Source of the DNA: Malacoraja senta
Lineage: Eukaryota
Length of the DNA: 64,000 nucleotides
Direction: 5' to 3'
NCBI GenBank assembly: GCA_038087875.1
Contig: JAXLNO010003629.1
Coordinates: forward strand, 62,001 to 126,000
In this document: one piece after another, positions 25,801 to 39,800 of the stretch
Layout: each line of letters starts with the position of its first letter
Position numbering within the stretch: position 1 is the stretch's first letter
Program-made: the position numbers and the translations under genes
The notes under the pieces: model-generated
Database searches by the model: none
Seen by the model: only the letters and a program-made list of their open reading frames with translations
What the model was told of the DNA's origin: nothing

Positions 25801-28800
25801 GATCAGATAGGAGATTCTGTGGACGCAGTCAGGAGACCCAGATGGTAGTTTGCCTCCCTGAGAGTAGGAATGGGGTGAGGTGTAGGATAAATTTGTGGCT
25901 GAGGGACTGGTGCAGAGGGCAGGGATTCAAGTTTCTGGATCATTGGGACCTCTTTTGGGGAAGGTGTGACCTGTACAAAAAGGACGGGTTGCACTTGAAC
26001 CCGAGGGGAACCAATATCCTGGCGGCGAGATTTGCAAAGGCTACTGTGGAGAGTTTCAGCTAGAATGGTTGGGGGGAGGGACTCAAATAGAGAAAGCTAG
26101 TAGACTGTGTGTGAGGCAGGAGGCAGAGAAGGGAAGCACTCAGATCCAACGTGGAGGGGAGAATGAAGAAAAAGATAATAAACAGAGAATAAGTGGTGGT
26201 GGGTTTCTTAAATGTGTATATTTAAATGCTAGGAGCATTGTAAGAAAGGTGGATGAGCTTAGAGCCTGGATTGACACCTGGAAGTATGATGTTGTGGCGA
26301 TTAGTGAAACATAGGTGCAGGATGGCTGTGATTGGAAACTAAAAATTCCAGGATTTCGTTGCTTCAGGGGTGATAGAATTGGAGGGGCAAGTGGTAGGGG
26401 TGTTGCATTGCTTGTCAGGGAAGATATTACAGCAGTGCTTTGGCTGGATAGATTAGAGGGCTCGTCTAGGGAGGCTATTTGGGTGGAACAAAGAAATGGG
26501 AAAGGTGTAGCAACACTTATAGGGGTGTATTATAGACCGCCTACTGGGGAGCAAGAATTGGAAGAGCAAATATGTAAGGAGATAGCAGATATTAGTAGTA
26601 AGCACAAGGTAGTGATTGTGGGTGATTTCAATTTTCCACACATAGACTGGGAAACACATTCTGTAAAAGGGCTGGATGGTTTGGAGTTTGTAAAATGTGT
26701 GCAGGATAGTTTTTTGCAGCAATACATAGAGGTACCTACTAGAGAAGGGGCAGTGCTGGACCTCCTGTTAGGAAATGAGACAGGTCAGGTGGCGGAGGTA
26801 TGTGTTGGGGAGCACTTCGGGTCCAGTGATCACAATACCATTAGTTTCAATATAATTATGGAGAGGGTCAGAACTGGACCTAGGGTTGAGATTTTTGATT
26901 GGAGAAAGGCTAACTTTGAGGAGATGCGAAAGGATTTAAAAGGAGTGAATTGGGACATGTTGTTTTATGGGAAGATGTAGTAGAGAAATGGAGGACATTT
27001 AAAGGTGACATTTTAAGAGTACAGAATCTTTATGTCCCTGTTCGTTTGAAAGGAAAGAGTAATAATTGGAAAGAGCCATGGTTTTCAAGGGAAGTTGGAC
27101 ACGGTTCAAAAAAAGAGAGAGATCTACAATAATTATAGGCAGCATGGAGTCAATGAGGTGGTTGAAGAGTATAAAGAATGTAAAAAGAATCTTAAGAGAG
27201 AAATTAGAAAAGCTGAAAGAAGATATGAGGTTGCTTTGGCAAGTAAGGTGAAAGTAAATCCAAAGGGTTTCTACAGCTATATTAATATAAAAGGATAACG
27301 AGGGATAAAATTGGTCCATCAGAGTGTCAGAGTGGACAGCTATCTGCAGAGCCAAAAGAGATGGGGGAGATATTGAACAACTTCTTTTCTTCGGTATTCA
27401 CCAAGGAGAAGGATATTGAATTATGTGAGGTAAGGGAAGCAAGTAGGGTAGCTATGGAAACAAGAGGATCAAAGAAGAGGAAGTACTGACACTTTTGAAA
27501 AATATAAAAATGGATAAGTCTCCAGGTCCTGACAGGATATTCCCTGGGACATTGAGGGAAGTTAGTGTAGAAATAGCAGGGGCTATGACAGAAATATTTC
27601 AAATGTCATTAGAAAAAGGAATAGTGCCGGAGGATTGGCGTACTGCGCATGTTGTTCCATTGTTTTAAAAGGGTTCTAATAGTAAACCTAGCAATTATAG
27701 ACCTGTTAGTTTGATGTCAGTGGTGGGCAAATTAATGGAAAGGATACTTAGAGATAATATATATAAGCATCTGGATAAACAGGGCCTGATTAGGAACAGC
27801 CAACATGGATTTGTGCCTGGAAGGTCATGATTGACTAATCTTCTTGAATTTTTTGAAGAGGTTTCTAGGGAAATTGATGAGGGTAAAGCGGTGGATGTTG
27901 TCTATATGGACTTCAGTAAGGCCTTTGACAAGGTTCCACATGGAAGGTTGGATAAGAATTATTGGGTATTAATAGTGGAGTAGCAAGATGGATTCAACAG
28001 TGGCTGAATGGGAGATACCAGAGAGTAATGGTGGATAACTGTTTGTCAGGTTGGAGGCCGGTGACTAATGGGATGCCTAAGGGGTCTGTGTTGGGTCCAC
28101 TGTTGTTTGTCATATACATCAATGATCTGGATCATGGTGTGGTAAATTGGATTAGTAGGTATGCAGATGATACTAAGATAGGTGGTGTTGTGGATAATGA
28201 AGTAGATTTTCAAAGTCTACAGAGAGATTTAGGCCATTTGGAAGAGTGGGCTGAAAGATGGCAGATGGAGTTTAATGCTGATAAGTGCGAGGTGCTACAT
28301 CTTGGTAGGACAAATCAAAATAGGACGTACATGGTAAATGGTAGCGAATTGAGGAATGCAGTAGAACAGAGGGATCTAGGAATAACTGTGCATAGTTCCC
28401 TGAAGTTGGAATCTCATGTAGATACGGTGGTAAAGAAAGCTTTTTGTGGGCTGGCCTTTATAAATCAGAGCATTGAATATAGAAGTTGGGATGTAATGTT
28501 AAAATTGTACAAGGCATTGGTGAGGCCAATTCTGGAATATGGTGTACAATTTTGGCCACCAAATTATAGTCAACAAAATAGAGAGAGTACAGAGGAGATT
28601 TACTAGAATGTTGCCTGGGTTTCAGCAACTAAGTTACAGAGAAAGGTTGAACAAGTTAGGTATTTATTCTTTGGAGCGCAGAAAGTTAAGGGGGGACTTG
28701 ATAGAGGTCTTTAAAATGATGAGAGGGATAGACAGAGTTGATGTGGATAAGCTTTTTCCATTGGGAGTAGGGAAGATTCAAACAAGGGGACATGACTTGA

Positions 28801-29065
28801 GAATTAAGGGACAAAGGTTTAGGGGAAACATGAGGTGGAACCTCTTTACTCAGAGAGTGGTAGCTGTGTGAAATGAGCTTCCAGTGGAAGTGGTGGATGC
28901 AGGTTCGATTTTATCATTTAAAAATAAATTGGATAGGTATATGGATGGGAAAGGAATGGAGGGTTATGGTCTGAGTGCAGGTAGATGGGGCTAGGTGAGA
29001 GTACGTTTTCGGCACGGACTAGAAGGGCCGAGATGGCCTGTTTTCATGCTGTAATTGTTATATTA
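25801..29065 (+). mobile_element. CR1 family B element (mirror of 5515-9371)
   Basis: Same 5' junction as the left arm; ORF1 DGLHLN, APE and RT motifs with stops and frameshifts. Confidence 0.92.
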
Positions 29066-29574
29066 TATACCCGAGAACGGGTTTTCCTGCCACAGAAGGA
29101 ATTCAGCCAAACTGACCAGACTGATTCTTGGAATGGCAGGGCTAACGTGTGAGGAGAGGAGGAGCCACTGGGCCAGTAGTCACTGGAGTTTGGAAGACAT
29201 GAACGGGACCTCACTAAATCAAACAAAATTCAGGCAGAGCGAGACAAACCCCAGGTGTAAGGATTTTTTTCGGCGACTGGAGGATCTAGAACTAGAGGTC
29301 GCAGACTTAAGACCTGAAGGGCTGAGATGTGGAAAAATGTCTTCATTCTGAATATAGTGAGCCTTTAAAATTCACCCCATGGAAAAAATGGTAGATGACT
29401 AGTAAATGAATCCAGTTAAGTAGCGGATAGGTTTTTTATTGACACAAATGGCATCAATGATTATAGGGAGAGAATTGTAATATGGGGTTGACAGAGAAGG
29501 TTGTGTTGAATGACGGAACGGGCTCAATGTGCCAAATAATCCATTTCTGCTCCTCTTTTGCATGTTTCAATAAG

Positions 29575-31290
29575 TAAGTAAGTTTATTGGCCAAGTATTC
29601 ACATACAAGGAATTTGCCTTGGTGCTCCGCCCACAAGTAACAACATAACATACAGTGACAGTTACGGATGACTCAGAAAACACTAAACATTAATAATAAT
29701 AAAACATTAATGATAAAACGCCATTGACCAAGCATGTGAACCAACAAAATACCAGATCAAAGGGAGGCTACAGATTTTTAGCTGTTGAGTAGAGCAACTA
29801 CTCGTGGGTAAAAACTGTTTTTATGTCTGGCTGTGGCAGCTTTGACAGTCCGGAGTCGCCTTCCAGAGGGAAGTGATTCAAAGTGTTTGTGGCCAGGGTT
29901 AGAGGGGTCAGAGATGATCTTGCCCGCTCGCTTCCTGGCCCTTGCAGTGTACTGTTCATCAAAGGAGGGAAGGTAGCAGCCAATAACCTTCTCTGCTGAT
30001 CAGACGATTCGCTGAAGCCTCCAGGTGACGTGCTTGGTGGCTGAGCCAAACCAGACCATGATGGAGAAGGTGAGAACAGACTCTACGATGGCCGTGTAGA
30101 ATTGGACCATCATTGCCTGTGGCAGATTGTGCTTCCTCAGCTGCCGCAGGAAGTTCATCCTCTGTTGTGCCTTTTTGACTGTGGAGTCAATGGTAGCCCC
30201 CCACTTAAGGTCCTTGGAGATGATGGTTCCCAGGAACTTAAAAGACTCCACAGATGTGACTGTGGTGTTGTTGATGGTGAGTGGGGTGAGGGGTGGGGTA
30301 GCTCTCCTAAAGTCTACAATCAATTCCACTGTCTTAAGAGCATTGTGCTCCAGGTTGTTGCGATGGCACCAGGATGCCAGCTGTGTCACTTCCTGTCTGT
30401 AGGCAGATACCCCCCCATCCTGGATCAGTCCAATCAGGGTTGTATCGTCAGCAAACTTGAGAAGCTTGACAGAGGTGTCTGTGGAGGTGCAGTCGTTGGT
30501 GTAGCGAGAGTAGAGGAGAGAAGATAGTACGCAGCCTTGCGGTGCTCCAATGCTGAGCGTTTGCGGGTCCGAGATGTGCTTTCCCAGCCTAACATGCTGC
30601 TTCCTGTGTGTCAGGAAGCTGGTGATCCACCAACAGAGGGGTTCAGGCACAGTCAACTCGGAAAGTTTGGAGTTTAGTAGCTCTGGCACAATGGTGTTGA
30701 ATGCAGAGCTAAAATCAACAAACAGGATCCTCGCATAGGTCCCCTGGTGGTCTAGGTGCTGTAGGATGAAGTGCAGGCCCAGGTTGACTGCACCATCCAC
30801 AGATCTATTGGCCCGATATGCAAACTGCAGAGGGTCCAGCAGGGGGTTGTGATATTTTTCAGCTTGGACAGCACAAGCCTTTCAAGGGCCTTCATGACTA
30901 CAGAGGTTAGTCATTAAGACAAGTAATCCTTACCTTTTTGGGTACAGGGACAATAGTGGAGACTTTGAAGCAGGCAGGGACAGTACATGTTTGCAGGGAC
31001 TGGTTAAACATGTCTGTATATGTTTGGCACAGAGCTTGAGAGTAGAGGGGGAAACATTGTCAGGTCCTGGAGATTTCCGGCTTTTCTGTCTTCTGAAAAG
31101 CCTCTCCACCTCCTCTATTTTTATTGTTGATGAAGTGATGGTGTTCATCAAGGAGGGTGTGAGTAATTGGGTGTGAAGTGGTGATTGGAGGACGGTGGGT
31201 GTAGAAGGGCCCAGTCTTTGCAGACTGAGGTCAGGCTGTGAGTGGGTGTGAAGTGTTGGTTGGGGTGGGAAATGGTCCAGTCTTTTCATA
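29575..31290 (-). mobile_element. Rex1/Babar-type non-LTR retrotransposon, 5'-truncated, TSD CAATAAG
   Basis: ORF 30000-30800 (FVDFSSAFNTI, KFADDTTLIG); CAATAAG at 29568-29574 and 31291-31297; the empty site catgtttcaataggttttg is at 1047-1065. Confidence 0.9.
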
Positions 31291-31367
31291 CAATAAGGTT
31301 TTGTGATGGGTTGATCTTTTCTTTGCCCTTCACACCTCTGCTGCCTATTTCACGTTGTGAAATTTAG

Positions 31368-33138
31368 AAACATAGAAACATAGAAAATAGGTGTAGGAGG
31401 CCATTCGGCTCTTTGAGCCAGCACTGCCATTCATTGTGATCATGGCTGATCATCCCCAATCAATAACCCGTGCCTGCCTTCTCCCCATATCTCTTGACTC
31501 CACTAGCCCCTAGAGCTCTATCTAACTCTCTCTTAAATCCACCCAGTGACTTAGCCTCCACTGCCCTCTGTGGCAGGGAATTCCATAAATTCACAACTCT
31601 CTGGGTGAAAACGTTTTTTCTCACCTCAGTCTTAAATGGCTTCCCCTTTATTCTAAGAATGGCCCCTGGTTCTGGACTTGCCCAACATTGGGAACATTTT
31701 TCCTGCATCTAGCTTGTCCAGTCCTTTTATAATTTTATATGTTGCTATAAGACCCCCCTCATCCTTCTAAACTCCAGTGAATACAAGCCTAGTCTTTTCA
31801 ATCTTTCCACATATAACAGTCCCGCCATCCCAGGGATCAATCTCGTGAACCTACGCTGCACTGCCTCAATCACAAGGATGTCCTTCCTCAAATTAGGAGA
31901 CCAAAACTGTACACATTACTCCATATGTGGTCTCACCAGAGCCCTATACAACTGCAGAAGAACCTATACTGAAATCCTCTTGTTATGAAGGCCATATTCC
32001 ATTATTCTTCACTGCCTGCTGTTTATGCACGCCAACTTTCAGTGACTGGTGTACAAGGACACTCAGGTCTCGCTGCACCTCCCCCTTACCTAACCTAACC
32101 CCATTGAGATAACAATCTGCCCCCTTGTGTTTGCCGCCAAAGTGGATAACCTCACATTTATCTATATTATACTGCATCTGCCACGCATCTGCCCACTCAC
32201 TCAACCTGTCCAGGTCACCCTGCAACCTCCTAACATCCTCTTCACAGTTCACACTGCCACCCAGCTTTGTGGCATCTGCAAACTTGCTAGTGTTGCTCCT
32301 AATTCCCTCTTCCAAATCATTAGTATATATGATAAACAGTTGCGGCCCCAACACCGAGCCTTGTTGCACTCCAATCGCCACTGCCTGCCATTCTGGAAAG
32401 GACCCGTTCACTCCTACTCTTTGCTTCCGGTCTGCCAACCAATTTTCTATCCATGTCAACACCCTACCCCCAATACCATGTGCTCTAATTTTAGTCACCA
32501 TTCTCCTGTGCGTAACCTTATCAAATGCTTTCTGAAAGTCTAGATACACTACATCCACTGGCATCCATTTTACTTGTCACATCCTCAAAAAATTGCAGAA
32601 GATTAGTCAAGCATGATTTCCCTTTCATAAATCCATGTTGACTTGGACTAATCATTTTACTGTTATCCAATGCCCCATTATTACCGCTTTAATAATTGAC
32701 TCCAGCATTTTCTTACCACCGAAGTCAGGCTAACTGGTCTGTAATTCCCCGTTTTCTCTCTCGCTCCTTTCTTGAAAAGTGGGATAACATTAGCTATCCT
32801 CCAATCCACAGGAACTGATCCTGAATCTGCCATTTCCTTGTTACCCATAATAATTTCACCCACGTCTGCCTTCAAGGGACCCACATTTGACTTTGCTATT
32901 CTTTTTCCCTTAACATATCTAAAGAAGCTTTTACTGTCCTTCTTTATATTCCTGGCCGGCTTCCCTATGTACTTCATCTTTTCAGCCCGTATAGCCCGTT
33001 TTGTTTCCTTCTGTTGTCCTATGAAAGTTTCCCAATCCTCTGGCTTCCGGCTACACTTTGATGTGTTGTACATCTTTTCTTTTAGTTTTATTCTATCCCT
33101 AACTTCTCTTGACAACCACGGTTGCCTCCCACTTCCCT
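31368..33138 (-). mobile_element. CR1 LINE, 5'-truncated with an internal deletion
   Basis: (CATAGAAA)n tail at 31370; RT ORF 31983-32564; the empty site gaaatttagttgag is seen in the paralog at 1355-1368 (reverse complement). Confidence 0.9.
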
Positions 33139-33269
33139 TAGTTGAGAAAAAAATCAGGAAGTAAAACAGCCCAGAGATCAAAATAGACGAATCATTGTGG
33201 TTGAATTGCATAAAAGCTCTTAATGCAGCTTTAACCATTGCTCTGAATTTTGCTTCAGGTCCTGAATGT

Positions 33270-33480
33270 GATATGAGTTTGTATGTTGGTTGCACCAAGC
33301 TTCAGTGCGTCCCTCAGCACGTTTTCCTGCAGTCTGGAGTGGGTCAAGTGGCAACATTCCCTGATGGACCACACTTTGACAGATCGTTGCTTCATTCCTC
33401 AGCACAGTAACAGTGTGTGGGAGATGGGGCAATGTTCCTGTCCTTATAATCCAGCCTTTGACCCACAGTGAGCAGCATCA
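33270..33480 (-). mobile_element. L1/Tx1-like ORF2 3' relic
   Basis: Reverse complement reads ...GTGCTGAGGGACGCACTGAAGCTT, matching the copy at about 39950. Confidence 0.55.
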
Positions 33481-33719
33481 GAACAGAAGTATTGCAATTG
33501 AAGTTTTATCTTTAGAAACAAAATAGACACTTCCTCAATCTTACATTCAATGGCCTTAGCATTGAAGGCAAGCATACCATACGCCTTCTTCACTACCCTA
33601 ACTACTTATGCTGCCACTTTCCGTGAGCTATCAACGTGGACTCCAAATGCACTGAAGATATGTGTCTCAAACTGGCTCAGTCTAAAATTCTATGTTTTTT
33701 CCCACAGGGAATCCACAAA

Positions 33720-33807
33720 ATGAGGCCCTGGTTTTTCTGCAGCAGTTTGCCAGCTGGTTTGATGTTCAGTGTCTTTGTTTTCCTGCTTCGACCTGTTTCC
33801 ACACAGA
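33720..33807 (+). CDS. Leader (signal peptide) exon MRPWFFCSSLPAGLMFSVFVFLLRPVSTQ
   Basis: Acceptor ttttttcccacag| at 33707, 12-nt UTR, ATG with A at -3, hydrophobic core LMFSVFVFLL, consensus phase-1 donor A|GTAAGT at 33808; joins in frame to the exon at 38174. Confidence 0.7.
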
Positions 33808-36800
33808 GTAAGTGCTTTCTCTTCACCGGTCACAACCACGTTGCTTTACTTTATCATTGTCCGTGTAAACCCACACCCCATTGTCAATCTCACTTTCCTC
33901 TCCACGTCCCACAAAACCACCCCATCCTTGCTGGAGCTCCATTTCTGAGCCTCTCCCATTAGCTCCCTCCGTCCCCTTCCCCTGCACCAACATGGTCCTT
34001 TTCAAAGTCAGAAATGGCCCCCGGTGAGTAGTGTGACATAGTTGTCCACACCATCCTCCCCAACATCTCCCCACCACAGTCCAGGTGGGTGGAACTGCCC
34101 TTGACTTACAGATCCAGTCGCAGCCCAAGAACTACCCGGATTGTCTTCACTTCATGCTCCAGCACAGTTCCCTCGGGCACCCTCCGACAATCTACCATGG
34201 ACCCCTCCTATTTCTCATCCTCAAGCTGCCCTTCGGTGACATCAGCTGACGTTTCACCGTTGCTTCCACAAGTTGACTGTGGACACCAGCTTGACCTCGC
34301 TAGCACCTCCCTCGACGCCTCCATAGTCTCCACATTCCCAGAGTACACGTGGGACATCCAGGACTGCATGAGCAGAATTCCCCCCCAACTGAACACTTTG
34401 AATCCCAAAGCCATTGTCTTCAGTCCCACCACAACCCCTTTCTCCAGCCAGCAATTCCATTCCATTCAAATCCCAGAATATTTGGGGGTCAGACTGGTGA
34501 TTCAGTGGCAGCAAACCAAACTCCAGGATGGTGTGTTGCCTCCCTGGTGCCAGGGTACAGGATGTCTCCCAGCAGCTGTGGGACATTCTCAAGGACGAAG
34601 GTGAACAGCCAGAAGGCAGTGGGCACTTTGGCACAAATGGGATGGGTAGGAAAAGGGATGAGGTCTGATAGTTTCTCTACCACTGACATGAATCTCACTG
34701 CATCAACAACTCTTCAACCCTTCCACAAACTCACCTGTGGCCATAGAACACACACAGATCTTTATCAAGGCTCGCTAGGCTCATCATCTCCAGATTCCTC
34801 CCGGTGCCATGTGTTAGTGAAGGTAGTAATAGGAAGAAAGGACAGATGAATGTATGGCTCAGGACTTGGTGCAGGGGGCAGAGATTCAGATCCAGATCAT
34901 TCGGCCATTGGCATCTATTCTGGGGCAGACGTCACCTCTACAAGAGGGATAGTTTGTATCTGAAATGGAGGGGACCAATATGTTTGCAGGGAGGTGCACT
35001 AGTGTTACCAAGAGGGCTAAACTGGAGAGGTAGGGGGGTGATGGGAAGGTGGAGATGAAGATAAGTAAGTCTCAAAGGAAGGACAGACAGAGGGAGGTGA
35101 AGTTATATAGTGAAACTGATGGGTGGAGGTATGTTCATTTCAATGCAAGGAGTATTGTGGGCAATGTAGATGAACTTAGAGCCCAGATCGCTGTTGGGAA
35201 CTATGATGTTGTGGTCATTGTGGAAATATGGTTGTGACTGGGACATGACTAGCAGCTCAATGTTCTGTGTTTCTATGGGAAAAAGATGGGGGAATTGCTC
35301 TATTAATCAGGGAAACTATCTTGTTGGCACTCAGAGTGGAGACTCTGGATGGTTTGTCCATTGAGGTGATATGGGTAGAGCCATGTGAAAATAAGAAAGG
35401 TGCAAGCAATTCAACGGAATTGTATCAGAGGTCCCCCAAGAGTGAGCAGGAAATAGAGGAACAGATATAGACACAGATTACTGAAAGTTTACACAAATGG
35501 ATGTCTTGGGGGGTGACTAATGGTATATCCAATAGGATGTTTTGTAACAGTTGTGAATAGTGCAACGTGAGAAAGGAATCCAAAATGGAACTTGTGTTGG
35601 GAAATGAGTCTGGCCAAGTGACTGATGTTTTAGTGAAAGAGTATTTTGGAGACAGTGAATACAACTCCATAAGTTTTAAGATTGGTTTCAATAGGGATAA
35701 GTCTGTTCTGTGCGACAAGACATTAATTTGAGTAAGGCAAACGACACCATTATTAGGCAGGAGCTTGGTAAGGTACACTCAGAGCAGTTGTTATTAAGTT
35801 ACTCCAAGTCTGAGATTGACAATTGTCTGAAGGTCAGTTGATCCAAACTCAAGACCGGCAAGTTCCAGTAAGGAGGAGAGATAAGGCTGGCAAAGTAAGG
35901 GAACCTGAGATGACCAAATAAATTTGTAAATTTGGTCAAAAATAGAAAGGAAACACATGCAAGGTTCAAGAATATGATAGCAGAGATGGCCATTGAGGAA
36001 TATAAAGCAAGGAGGAAAGAACTCAAGCGGGCGATTAGAAGGGAGAAAATAGGCCACAAAATAGCTGTGGCGATTTGGAGTAAAGAAAGTTCCAAGGCTT
36101 CTTATACTTACATTAAAATCAAGACGGTAGACAAGGAGAAGGTAAACAAGGATAAATGAAGGAAACTGAAACTGGAGTTAGGGGATGTAGGTGAGGTGTC
36201 AGATAACTCCAGGGATGAGAGGAGCAAGGGAAAAGGAAAAAAAATGAAATAAAATAAAATATGTCAGTAAAAAGGTGGGGTGGATTGTTTGGGGATTTGT
36301 TGCCTGAAAGTCAAGAATTCAATGTTCATACCATTAAGTTGTCAGATAACCAAGAGAAATATGAAGTGAGATTTCTTCAGTTTGCATGTGGCCTCACTGA
36401 CAATGGAGGAGGCCAAGGACAGAAAGATCAGTATGGGAATGGGAGTTTAAATGGTTTATTTGTTTAGAGAGATAATTCAGCGAATTGAAGAACTGTGAGT
36501 CACATGACAATGGTAGGAAATTATTGGAAATGATTCTTTGGGATAGAATTGACTCCCATTTGGAACAAAATAGATGAGGGGATTAAAGACAGTAGGCATG
36601 ACTTTTACGTGGCATTGTCTACAGTGATTTTAGTAAGGCACTTGGTAAAGTCCCCCATGATAGACTGATGATGAAGATTAATAAGCATGGGATTAACATT
36701 GAATTGTTTGTTAGGATTCAGAATGGGCAGACTAGAAAACAGAGGAAAAGGCAATATTCAGGCAGGAAATCTGTGACCAGTGGAGTTCTATATGGATCTC

Positions 36801-39800
36801 TGCCAGGACCACTGTCAGTCATGATTTATACAATTAATTTAAATGTAGATGGGTTGGTTAGTACATTTGCAGATGAGAACAAGATTGCTGCACTGTGAAC
36901 AACGCTGTCAAAGTATCAAAGTATGTTGTAAAGTAATGAATGGGATATAGACCAGCTACAGAAATGGGTGGACAAATGACAGATCAAGTTTAATCCAAGC
37001 ATCTGTAAGGTGTTGCACTTTGGGAGGTTGAAAATAAGGGGAAGATATACAATTAATGGCAAGGCCCTTAACAGCATTGATGTACAGAGGGACCTTGGGA
37101 TCCAAGTCCCAAACTCTCTGAAAATGGTAATACAGGTAGATAGAGTGACAAAGAAGGCAGATGGCATGCCTTTGGTTGGATCATTGGGTATAAGAGTCAG
37201 GAAGTCAGGATGTGATGCAGCTTTGTAGGACTTTGGTTGGGCCGGATTTCAAGCATTACATGCAGTTCTGGATGCCCCAAAACGATGCAGAGGCTTTGGA
37301 GACAGGGCGGAGAAGGTTTACAAGAATTATGCATGTGTTACTGGATATTAGCTACAAGGAGAGGTTGAATAGACTTGGATTGTTTTCTCTGGAATGTTTG
37401 ACATTGAAGTAAGGCTTGATAGAATTCTACCAAATTATGAGCGGCAAGGTCAATGTAGACAGTCAGAATCTTTTCCCCAGGATGGAAATATCAAATACAA
37501 GAGGGCATGGGGGGCTTTTAGGTGAGAGAGGCAAAGTGTGAAGGAGATGTGAAGGACAAGTATTTTACAGTGGTGAGTGGCTGGAACATGCTGCTGGTGG
37601 TGATGGAGGGAGATGTGTCAATGGGATTTAAGAGACTTTTGGATAGATATGGATAGAAACGGAGAGATATGGATTATGTGTAGGCAGATAAGAGTTGGTC
37701 GTGGCATTATGCTCGACATGGACCTTGTGGGCCGAGGGGCTTGTTCCTGTTCTGAACTGTTCTATGTTGTAAATCACTGTGGAATGAGGAGCAGGCAGGG
37801 AGGCAGGAGCATGTTTATTCTGTTCCAGGTCTGTCCGACAAGGGCCGGGGATGCGGTGTGTACAGGATCGGCCTGATCTTCACCCACATCAGGAAACCCC
37901 ATCACAGGGAACACCGGCTGGAGACCCGACACAAACGCCCTTCCACCTCCGTCTTTCTCCCACTCACTCTTCTCATGTCATGAAGTATCCCTGGATCAGG
38001 CCAGGTTATTCCAGCCAGCCATCTATTCACAAACTGTGTCCGTCTCACTGGAGGTTCTGTGGGAGATCAAAACATTCTGGAAATAAATGAAATTCAAAAT
38101 TAATAATTACAGACATGGAGTGGAGGAAATGTGCTTAAAATGTTAATTCCTACATTTTTCCTATTTCCAACAGAAATCAGAAATCAGATTTATTTCTTGG
38201 ATAATGGAGGCGACATTGTGTTAAAAGGACCGGACAATCCTGGGAGTTACACTGTTGTCTGGGAATGGGAACCACACTCAGGGCCGGGAAAACACGCTGT
38301 GGTAACTCTCCGCGCCGAGAACAAGGGCTTGTGGAGCAGACAGTGGGGCAATGGCTGGGGAAACATAGACAAGAACAAGGAGGTGGATGTGGATCTCCGT
38401 ACTGGTAATATGGCAATAAAAAAAAACACATTTAAATGGTCAGGATTGTTCACTTTGACCGAAACACATCCGAGGAACCAGATCCTGAAACGATATGAAA
38501 TATATGGGATCAAAGGTGAGTGGGCGAGACACGGATCAACAATATGTTTCTATGTAAATAATGTCACGTGTAATGATGAAATATGGCGGGAATTGTGAGA
38601 CTTCTTCCACCAGATGAATCTCCCAATGAAACAATTGGGGGAAAGATTTGTCTTCATTGATTCTGTGGGCCTGGGGTGAGATTGTCGAGTGACACTGCTG
38701 CTCAATGTTACCCAGTGAACCAGGTCCATGCCTCACTTGGTTGAGATCCCAGAGGAAGTCCTTCATCTGTGGAACTTACACTGGTGGGAGAGTTCCCACC
38801 TTGAGGGCGGTTGGGGGAGACATGACAGGGACAAATGGACAAACGTATCAATCCAGTTACATCTAAATGTTGTTTGCATTCACTGGTCAGAGTGTTGCCG
38901 GTTGCACCAGCAGTGTCACGGTGAACAGCCGGCATTGACCTGTGTGAATATAAACAGCTTCAGGACTTCCACCCATGCGTTTCACAACGAGGAATTCCAC
39001 AACTTGCTGACAGTTCTTGCGGTGAATCTGCCAGCGCTCCCCTTCACTTCTCCACGTGGAGACCAGGACTGGAGCAGGAATATGCTGATATTCCCCGACA
39101 CTGGCACTGGGAAAACTGCTCCCGGATCCGGTGCCTGCAGGGGTGGAGACTCTTCAGGAATCAAAACTAATTGTTATTGTAGAATTAGACTCTTTCATGA
39201 TAAAAAAATGAAATATTCAATATTAATAAATGTGTTTACTTCTAGAAGTTGGTGCCACTCAGAACCATTCCAACATTCCTGGGATGGCAGGACTTTCATA
39301 TGAAGAAAAACTGGATAGACTCGGCTTGTACACGCTAGAATTTAGAAGATTGAGGGGGGATCTTATAGAAACTTACAAAATTCTTAAGGGGTTGGACAGG
39401 CTAGATGCAGGAAGATTATTCCCGATGTTGGGGAAGTGCAGAACCATGGGTCACAGTTTAAGGATAAGAGGGAAGTCTTTTAGGACCGAGATGAGAAAAT
39501 CATTTTTTACACAGAGAGTGGTGAATCTGTGGAATTCTCTGCCACAGAAGGTAGTTGAGGCCAGTTCATTGGCTATATTTAAGAGGGAGTTAGATGTTGC
39601 CCTTGTGGCTAAAGGGATCAGGGGGTATGGAGAGAAGGCAGGGATGGGATACTGAGTTGGATGATCAGCCATGATCATATCGAATGGCGGTGCAGGCTCG
39701 AAGGGCCGAATGGCCTACTCCTGCACCTATTTTCTATGTTTCTATGTTTCTAACAGCTTGGGAGCTTTAGCAGAGGATGAACAAGGCCTTTGCCTCCTGT

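Larger units (their letters stand above)
17331..29065 (+). repeat. Right arm of large inverted segmental duplication
   Basis: Starts at aagtgtaaac (17331), the reverse complement of the left-arm inner end; carries an extra 2.7 kb Crack-like insertion. Confidence 0.9.
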
